NCBI GenBank assembly: GCA_002402755.1
Contig: DHGK01000335.1
Location: 11,782 to 58,476, forward strand
Length of the DNA: 46,695 bases
From: Planctomycetes bacterium UBA4800
GTDB taxonomy: Bacteria > Planctomycetota > UBA8108 > UBA8890 > UBA8898
Direction of reading: 5' to 3'
The notes beneath the pieces were generated by a model. It made no database searches. It worked only from the letters and a program-made list of their open reading frames with translations, and was not told the origin of the DNA. The position numbers were made by a program, and so were the translations under genes. Within the stretch, counting starts at the first letter, position 1; each line of letters begins with the position of its first letter. Positions 17,715 to 24,141 of the stretch are shown piece by piece.

Positions 17715-18284
17715 TCACTCCGTCAGCGAGTCTTGTGCGAGCGGTTCCAGTATGCGTTCGTAGACGGCCAGGTCCTCGGCCGAGAAGAGGACGAACAGGA
17801 CCTCGCGCGGGGCTCGGTGCTCGGCGAGGAAGTCCTTCACCGCCGCCGCGGCGATGCGGGCGGCCTTCTCGATGGGAAAGCGATACGCACCGGTCGAGAT
17901 GGAAGGGAAGGCGACCGACGCACATTTCTTCTCGACCGCGCGCAGGAGCGAGTTGCGGTAGGCGCTCGCCAGAAGCTCCTCCTCGCTCTTTCCCCCGCCG
18001 CGCCAGACGGGACCGACGGTGTGGATGACGAACCGCGCGGCGAGCCGTCCCGCGCCCGTCGCGACGGCCTCGCCCGTCGGGCAGCGGCCGTGCGGCCCGG
18101 CGGGGATCTTCGCGCATTCCTCGACGATGGCCGGGCCGCCCGCCCGGTGAATCGCCCCGTCGACGCCGCCCCCGCCCATGAGCGTCGAGTTGGCCGCGTT
18201 GACGATCGCGTCCGTGCGGCACGCCGTGATGTCGCCCTGCGACAGCCGCAGCACACAGCCGCCCACGCGGATCTCGCGCGCCAT
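17715..18284 (-). CDS. Macro-domain protein (O-acetyl-ADP-ribose deacetylase / ADP-ribose-binding, YmdB-like)
   Basis: 189 aa; 'GDITACRTDAIVNAANSTLMGGGGVDGAIHRAGGP', 'FPSISTGAY' macro-domain motifs. Confidence 0.9.
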   Translation of the reverse strand: MAREIRVGGCVLRLSQGDITACRTDAIVNAANSTLMGGGGVDGAIHRAGGPAIVEECAKIPAGPHGRCPTGEAVATGAGRLAARFVIHTVGPVWRGGGKSEEELLASAYRNSLLRAVEKKCASVAFPSISTGAYRFPIEKAARIAAAAVKDFLAEHRAPREVLFVLFSAEDLAVYERILEPLAQDSLTE

Positions 18285-18446
18285 GGAAACCTCCTCGGGG
18301 GCGGCGCCGCCGCCGTCCCTGCCTGTGCCAGGGCACGATCATACCGCAGAGCGCCCGCCCGGAAAAGCGCCCGGCAGCCGGGCTACCCTCTCGGCCCCGC
18401 GGTGCGGTATAATGCGTGGTTCATGTCGTTCAGGAGCGATCGAGAT

Positions 18447-19991
18447 ATGGATACGCCCAGGAACATTGAGAGCGCGGGCGAGCCGGACGCCGGGGCGCGC
18501 AAGAAATCGGGCTCCCGCGGCGCCCGCAGAACCAGGGACGGACACCCCGACATCGAGCCGGCGGCCGCCGTTCCCGCGGAGCCCTGCAAGGTCGCCAAGT
18601 TCGGGGGCAGCTCGGTCGCGACGGCCGCGCGCATCAAGAACGTCGCCGACATCATCCAGAAGGATCCGGCCCGGCGGTTCGTCGTCGTCTCGGCGCCCGG
18701 CAAGGCGGACGCCGGGGACGAGAAGATCACCGATCTCCTCATCCAGTGCGCCCGCAACCGCCTCGCGGGCGGCGAGCCCGGCGCGCCGCTGGAGAGGATC
18801 CGCGCGCGCTACACCGACATATGCCGCGAGCTCGAGCTGCCGCCCGCGACGATCCGCAGGGTGCTCAAGGAGCTCGACACGGTCGTGGCGGGCGACACGT
18901 CCCACGGCAGCGCCTACAAGGATGCCCTGAAGGCCATGGGCGAGGAGATGATGGCGCAGATCCTCGCCGACTACCTGCGGGACGTGCGCAAGGCGCCCGC
19001 CCAGTACGTCGGCCCGCGCGATGCCGGCCTCGTCGTCAGCGAGGAGTTCGGCGATGCGTTCCCGCTCCCCGAGGCCGCCAAGAACCTCGAGACGAATCTC
19101 GCCGGCAGGCCCGGCATCACGATCTTTCCCGGCTTCTACGGCATCACGCCGAAGGGCCAGGTGGCGACGTTCAGCCGCGGCGGCTCGGACCTGACCGGCG
19201 CCATCGTGGCCGAGGCCGTCGACGCCGACGTGTACGAGAACTGGACCGATGTGGACGGCATCCTCAGGGCCGACCCCTCGATCGTGCCCGGCGCCGAGAT
19301 CATCCACGAGATCACGTACCGCGAGATCCGCGAGCTGGCCTACATGGGCTTCAAGGTGCTCCACCACGATGCCATCATGCCCGTCAGGCGCAAGCACATC
19401 CCGATCAACCTCAGGAACACGAACAACGTCGACTTCCCGGGCTCGCTGATCGTCGACAGCCGCATCGCGCTCGCCGAGATCCTCGTCGGCGTGGCGATGA
19501 AGAAGAGCTTCTGCTGCTTCAACGTCGAGAAGTACCTCATGAACCGCGAGGTCGGCTTCGGCCGGCGGCTGCTCGGGATCCTGGAGGACTTCCACCTTTC
19601 CTTCGAGCACATGCCCTCCGGCATCGACTCGGTGAGCGTGTACCTCGACCAGTCGCAGCTCCAGGGCGACATGTCCAGCCAGATCATCCGCCGCATCTAC
19701 CGCGAGCTGGGCGCCGACAAGGTCGACGTCGAGCACGACAAGGCCATGGTGATCGCCGTCGGCGAGGGCATGAAGCGCCACATGGGAGTGGCGGCGCGCC
19801 TCGTCAACGCGCTGGCCCGCTCGAAGATCAACATCGAGGTCATCAACCAGGGCGCATCGGAGCTGAGCATCCTCTTCGGGGTCCGCGACGAGGACGGCGA
19901 GCCCGCGGTCAGGGCGATCTACGACGCGTTCTTCGGCGCGGGCCGGAACGGCGAGGCCGAGACAAACGGGGAGCGCCACCACAAGCGATGA
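18447..19991 (+). CDS. Aspartate kinase with ACT domains and a basic disordered N-terminal extension
   Basis: 514 aa from ATG 18447 (AGGAG RBS 10 nt upstream; TATAAT at 18408-18413). An in-frame ATG at 18423 has no RBS. 'VAKFGGSSV', 'VVVSAPGK', C-terminal ACT 'INIEVINQGASELSILFGV'. Confidence 0.85.
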   Translation: MDTPRNIESAGEPDAGARKKSGSRGARRTRDGHPDIEPAAAVPAEPCKVAKFGGSSVATAARIKNVADIIQKDPARRFVVVSAPGKADAGDEKITDLLIQCARNRLAGGEPGAPLERIRARYTDICRELELPPATIRRVLKELDTVVAGDTSHGSAYKDALKAMGEEMMAQILADYLRDVRKAPAQYVGPRDAGLVVSEEFGDAFPLPEAAKNLETNLAGRPGITIFPGFYGITPKGQVATFSRGGSDLTGAIVAEAVDADVYENWTDVDGILRADPSIVPGAEIIHEITYREIRELAYMGFKVLHHDAIMPVRRKHIPINLRNTNNVDFPGSLIVDSRIALAEILVGVAMKKSFCCFNVEKYLMNREVGFGRRLLGILEDFHLSFEHMPSGIDSVSVYLDQSQLQGDMSSQIIRRIYRELGADKVDVEHDKAMVIAVGEGMKRHMGVAARLVNALARSKINIEVINQGASELSILFGVRDEDGEPAVRAIYDAFFGAGRNGEAETNGERHHKR

Positions 19992-21241
19992 AGACGCCGG
20001 CGCATCTCGCGGCCATGCATGACGACTCGGCGCTGCGCGCCGCGTTCGCGCGCGCGTTCGGAGGCCGCGCACCTGCGGCGCTCGCGCGCGCGCCCGGGCG
20101 CATCAACCTGATCGGCGAGCACACGGACTACAACGGCCTCCCGGTGCTGCCGTTCGCGCTCCCGCACGCGGTCCGCATCGCCTTCGCGCCGCGTGATGAC
20201 GCCCGGATCGTGCTGCGCCACGCGCGCGAGGAGCACCCCCCGTCCGAGTTCATCGCCTCGCCCGCGATCGAGCACGACCCGCCGGGAAGCTGGGCCAACT
20301 ACGTCAAGGCCGCGGTCGAACACTTCGCGCGGCTGCTCCTGGAGACGTCCGGCGCGGCGGCGCGCGGCTTCGACGCTCTCGTCGACGGCGACATCCCCCA
20401 GGCGGGCGGCCTGTCGTCGAGCTCCGCGCTCGTCGTCGCAACGGCGCTCGCGTTCTGCGAGGTCAACGCGCTGTCGCTCCCGCCGCTCGAGCTCGCGTCG
20501 CACTGCGCGGCAGCCGAGCGCTACGTCGGCACGCAGGGGGGCGGCATGGACCAGGCCGCGAGCATCCTCGGCGCGCCGGGCTGCGCCCTGAGGATCGACT
20601 TCTTCCCCCTCGCCGCGACCCCCGTGCCGTTCCCCGAGGGCTGGGCCGTGCTCGCCTGCCACAGCCTCGTCAGGGCCGCGAAGACCGAGGAGGCGCGCGC
20701 CGAGTTCAACCGGCGCGTCGGGGAATGCCGCGTCGCGGCCGCGCTGCTCGGGCGCGCGCTCGACCGCCCCGAAGCCCCGCGCCTGGGGGATTTCGCCAAG
20801 GAGTTCGGCACGGCGGCCTGTGTGCGCGCCCTCGGCGAGGCCGTGCCGCCGGACTCCAAGATCCTCGCGAGGGCGCGGCACGTGTTCGAGGAGGCCGAGC
20901 GCGTCGCCGAGGCGACGCGCGCCCTGGCGGCGGGCGACATGCGCACCCTCGGGCGCCTCATGTCGGACGCGCACGCAAGCGCGCGCGATCTCTACGAGAT
21001 CAGCGGCCCCGCCCTGGAGGAACTCGTCCGGCTCTTCCTTGAGGGCGGCGCCCTCGGCGCCCGCCTGACGGGCGCCGGCTTCGGCGGCTTCGCCATCGCG
21101 CTCGGCGAGGAGGACCCGCTCGCCCGCCTCATGGCCGAGGTCGACGACCGCTTCTACCGCGTGCGCGCCCCCGCCCGCCCGCTCGAGGAGCTGCGCTTCA
21201 TCGCCCGCCCCGCGGAGGGCGCGCGCGTCGTGCGAGTCTGA
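19988..21241 (+). CDS. galK: Galactokinase-family GHMP kinase
   Basis: 417 aa; galactokinase signature 'GRINLIGEHTDYNGLPVLP', GHMP motif 'PQAGGLSSSSALVVA', 'GARLTGAGFGGFAIAL'; ATGA start/stop overlap with the aspartokinase gene. Confidence 0.8.
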   Translation: MKTPAHLAAMHDDSALRAAFARAFGGRAPAALARAPGRINLIGEHTDYNGLPVLPFALPHAVRIAFAPRDDARIVLRHAREEHPPSEFIASPAIEHDPPGSWANYVKAAVEHFARLLLETSGAAARGFDALVDGDIPQAGGLSSSSALVVATALAFCEVNALSLPPLELASHCAAAERYVGTQGGGMDQAASILGAPGCALRIDFFPLAATPVPFPEGWAVLACHSLVRAAKTEEARAEFNRRVGECRVAAALLGRALDRPEAPRLGDFAKEFGTAACVRALGEAVPPDSKILARARHVFEEAERVAEATRALAAGDMRTLGRLMSDAHASARDLYEISGPALEELVRLFLEGGALGARLTGAGFGGFAIALGEEDPLARLMAEVDDRFYRVRAPARPLEELRFIARPAEGARVVRV

Positions 21242-21374
21242 GGAACGGCTGCGGCGCAGGCACCGGCGGCGGGTGATCGAGGGGAGCCCCGGCGGGCGGG
21301 GGTCTCCAAGTGCGGGTTCGAACCGGTCCACCGCGGGGGCAGGAGCCACGAGCACCTGGTCCCGTCGTCAGGTT

Positions 21375-21701
21375 CTATCGCAGCAGCCGCCGTGCCAGCG
21401 CGGTCTGAAGATCACGTCTACCATCCAGGACGGCATGGACGACGACACGCCGCGCGCTCACCTCGTAGATGACGCGGTACGGCTTGAAGTGCACCTCGCG
21501 GTATCTGACAACGGCGACGCGCAGAAGCTCGGGAGGAACGTGGCCTCGCAGGGGCACGCGAGCAAGGTCTGCACACACCCGCTCGATCTGTGCAAGCACG
21601 TGCCGGGCGCGGCCGAGAGCATCGCGGTCGCGGATATAGGCGAAGATCTCGGCGACATCGTCCTCCGCCTCCGCCGTGAAGACTACCTGGCAGATCTTCA
21701 C
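21375..21701 (-). CDS. parE: ParE/RelE-superfamily toxin (plasmid-stabilisation type)
   Basis: 108 aa; 'VVFTAEAEDDVAEIFAYI', 'HVPPELL...YREVHFKPYRVIYEV..RRVVVHAVLDGRRD' typical ParE layout; 4-nt overlap with the upstream antitoxin. Confidence 0.8.
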   Translation of the reverse strand: MKICQVVFTAEAEDDVAEIFAYIRDRDALGRARHVLAQIERVCADLARVPLRGHVPPELLRVAVVRYREVHFKPYRVIYEVSARRVVVHAVLDGRRDLQTALARRLLR

Positions 21702-21979
21702 GCGGATGCGCCATCGAGCGACTTGCGAAGACCCGCGAGAACTCTCTTCGCCGTCCGCACGCGCCCTGCCGCCGCCGATGCGGAGCTCTGGGCGAGGATC
21801 TTGAGCAGCGCGAGGCTATCCTGCACCTGCTCGTAGCTGGCCAGATCGAGCAGGACAGCTTTGGCCTTGCCGTTCTGGGTGATGACGAGCGTCTTGTGAT
21901 GCTCGGCCACCTCGGCGATGAGCCGCGCCGTCTGAGCCTTGAGTTTGCTGATCGGCGTTACCGCCTCGCTGAGTTTCAT
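21698..21979 (-). CDS. Phd/YefM-family antitoxin
   Basis: 93 aa; 'ISKLKAQTARLIAEVAEHHKTLVITQNGKAKAVLLDLASYEQVQDSLALLKIL'; AGGAG RBS. Confidence 0.8.
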   Translation of the reverse strand: MKLSEAVTPISKLKAQTARLIAEVAEHHKTLVITQNGKAKAVLLDLASYEQVQDSLALLKILAQSSASAAAGRVRTAKRVLAGLRKSLDGASA

Positions 21980-22369
21980 TGGTCCACGCTCCTGCCAGGA
22001 TCAAGGTTGTCGCGAAAAGCCTGTCGCCGCAGCCCCGTTTCGAGCGAACGCACCCGAAAGAACCGGCGGCACGCATCGACGCGCCCGGGCGGACGCATCG
22101 CGCCGCCGGGTTTGGCAACCGGTTGCAGCCGAAAGGGGTCCTTACGATAGCCTCAAATATAGTCCTTTTTCAGCCCCAGTGTCAAATCCCCTCTTCCTCA
22201 AGCCCTTCTCCCTCTGTGCCCTCCGTGTCTCCCGTGGTCTTCTCTCGCGGACATGACGCCTGTCGGCCTGCGGGAGGGCGGTGAGAAAAGCGTCACGCCT
22301 ACCCTGATCCTTCCGCGCTGAGGGAACGGCCGCGGGCGTCGCCGCGAAACCTGCGTCCGCGCCTCACGC

Positions 22370-22422
22370 TTGACTTTTCCGTGCCCATGATCGATAATAG
22401 CTATTGACTATCTTTAGTCAAT
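22370..22422 (+). promoter_or_regulatory. Near-consensus sigma70 promoter plus two palindromic operator-like sites upstream of the AAA+ ATPase gene
   Basis: TTGACT (22370-22375), 17-nt spacer, GATAAT (22393-22398); palindrome AATAGCTATT (22396-22405) overlaps the -10; perfect inverted repeat ATTGACTA-tctt-TAGTCAAT (22403-22422) around the expected +1; GGAGG RBS at 22441. Confidence 0.55.
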
Positions 22423-22449
22423 GGCCGTTGATCATCTTATGGAGGCCAC

Positions 22450-23850
22450 ATGCTGGACACGCGATTCCTGCCCCACAACAGCCACCTCGACCGGCCCGCG
22501 CAATTCGAGCAGCTTGACCCGGATCTGCGCCGGCTGCGCCGCCAGCCCCTCATCCACCGGTTTCCGCTCATCGATGCGCTGCCGCACGACCGCCCCGGGA
22601 TCTACTCGATCACCGGCGGACGGCAGATCGGCAAGACGACGCTCCTCAAGCAGTGGATGGCGCAGCTTCTTCGCCGGGGAGTCGCGCCGGACCGGATCTG
22701 CTACCTGACCGGGGAGCTCATCGATGACCACCACTCGCTCGTGCGCATCCTCACCGACATCATCGACGGCTGGGGGCCGGACCGCGCCGGCTACGCCCTC
22801 CTCGACGAGGTCACCTACGTCAGGGACTGGGACAAGGGCGTGAAGTTTCTGGCCGACGCGGGCGTGTTCGAGCGCGTCGTGCTGATGCTCACCGGCTCCG
22901 ACACCACGATCCTGCGCGAGGCGCGGGCGCGCTTCCCCGGCCGGCGGGGGACGAGCGCCGTCGTCGACTTCCAGGCGGCGCCGCTGACATTCCACGAGTA
23001 CGTGCGCCTTCACGGCAGCCTGTCTCCGGCCGCCGCGTCCGCGCTCGCCGATCCATCGGCGCCGGTCGCGCCGAAGGTCCGGGCGCTGCTCGATGCGGAG
23101 CTGGAGCGCTACCTTCGCCACGGCGGCTACCTACGAGCCATCAACGACCTGGAGAGGGAGGGCACCATCGCGCCGTCGACCTTCGCGACGTACGCCGACT
23201 GGATCCGCGGCGACGTCCTGAAGCGCGGCAAGCACGAGCACTACCTCCGGGAGATCCTGGCGGCGATCGTGCGGCGCTGCGGTTCGCAGGTGACATGGAA
23301 CGGGCTCGCGAAAGACCTCTCGATCGACCATCCGATGACCGTCGCCGACTACACGGCGCTCCTCGCATCCATGGATGCCGTGTTCGTGCAGCCCGCGCTC
23401 CGCGAGGACAAGCTCTCGGCGGCGCCGAAGAAGGCGCGCCGGATCATGTTCTCCGATCCGTTCATCTTCCACGCGGTCGAGAACTGGCTGCGGCCGGACC
23501 CCGATGCGTTCACGAACCGCGTGACGCCTCTCCTGGCCGATCCGGAGCGGGCCGGGCGGCTCGCCGAGGCGTGCGCCGTCACGCACGTGCGCCGTTTCTT
23601 TCCGACCTTCTACATCAAGGCGGAGGGCGAGGTCGACATCGCCTACGTGCACCGGGGGAAGTTCGTGCCGATCGAGGTCAAGTGGACCGAACAGCTCCGC
23701 CCCCGCGACCTGGCCCAGATCGCGAAGTACGGGAACGCGCGCATCTGGGCGAAGACGTGGAGCCCGAACGCCGTTCACGGCATTCCCGTCGAACCCCTCC
23801 CGCTCGCCCTGTACCGCCTCGGCCCCTCGCCGCTCGCGGCGCCGTACTGA
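22450..23850 (+). CDS. AAA+ ATPase with C-terminal DUF4143-type region (AAA_14/DUF4143 architecture)
   Basis: 466 aa; Walker A 'GGRQIGKTTLL', Walker B 'YALLDEV'; C-terminal 'GEVDIAYVHRGKFVPIEVKW' fits a D...E-x-K nuclease-like motif. Confidence 0.8.
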   Translation: MLDTRFLPHNSHLDRPAQFEQLDPDLRRLRRQPLIHRFPLIDALPHDRPGIYSITGGRQIGKTTLLKQWMAQLLRRGVAPDRICYLTGELIDDHHSLVRILTDIIDGWGPDRAGYALLDEVTYVRDWDKGVKFLADAGVFERVVLMLTGSDTTILREARARFPGRRGTSAVVDFQAAPLTFHEYVRLHGSLSPAAASALADPSAPVAPKVRALLDAELERYLRHGGYLRAINDLEREGTIAPSTFATYADWIRGDVLKRGKHEHYLREILAAIVRRCGSQVTWNGLAKDLSIDHPMTVADYTALLASMDAVFVQPALREDKLSAAPKKARRIMFSDPFIFHAVENWLRPDPDAFTNRVTPLLADPERAGRLAEACAVTHVRRFFPTFYIKAEGEVDIAYVHRGKFVPIEVKWTEQLRPRDLAQIAKYGNARIWAKTWSPNAVHGIPVEPLPLALYRLGPSPLAAPY

Positions 23851-23898
23851 GCGGCAACCGCGGCCCGGGGGAAGACCCCGCCCGGGGGGGCGGCAGGA

Positions 23899-23952
23899 GT
23901 CCACGGTTGTGGAAAACGGCAATCCTTGCCATATTCCACGATCGTGGAAAAT
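23899..23952. repeat. Compound palindromic element, copy 1 (16-bp palindrome, GGCAA-nnn-TTGCC hairpin, 16-bp palindrome)
   Basis: gTCCACGGTTGTGGAA-aac-GGCAAtccTTGCC-ata-TTCCACGATCGTGGAA; the second 16-mer is a perfect palindrome. Confidence 0.85.
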
Positions 23953-24010
23953 CCAGCGGAGAAAAAACCGAGTTATGGCTGCCCCACCCTCGATCTCGGA
24001 TGCTGGAAGA

Positions 24011-24065
24011 TTCCACGGTCGTGGAAAACGGCAAGGATTGCCATATTCCACGGTCGTGGAAAAAT
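24011..24065. repeat. Compound palindromic element, copy 2
   Basis: TTCCACGGTCGTGGAA-aac-GGCAAggaTTGCC-ata-TTCCACGGTCGTGGAA. About 90% identical to copy 1, with the 3-nt hairpin loop inverted (tcc to gga). Lies 35-90 nt upstream of a TGTACA-17-GATAAT promoter-like pair (24076-24104). Confidence 0.85.
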
Positions 24066-24141
24066 GCCGGCGCGCTGTACACGCCTCCTCCCGTCAACGA
24101 TAATTGCAGAGACATTCAGCTCTGCAGTTGGAGGTGCTCCC

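Noticed and set aside
18423-18446. Upstream in-frame ATG (18423) as the aspartokinase start.
   Set aside because: It lies only ~10 nt after the TATAAT box (18408-18413) and has no RBS, whereas ATG 18447 has AGGAG at optimal spacing. A leaderless start at 18423 cannot be fully excluded.
21315-21324. GGTTCGAACC, reminiscent of a tRNA T-loop (possible tRNA fragment or integration att remnant at the left edge of the accessory islet).
   Set aside because: Flanking bases do not form a T-stem or acceptor stem on either strand, and it is just a 10-bp palindrome. No matching direct repeat occurs at the right edge (23851-24141) and no integrase is present.
23899-24065. Possible mini-CRISPR array, since the repeated ~53-nt units produce repeated peptide strings in several ORF frames.
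   Set aside because: There are only two copies, and the repeats are themselves compound palindromes with internal duplication. The ~58-nt interval is not spacer-like evidence with only two units, and there are no cas genes in the window.
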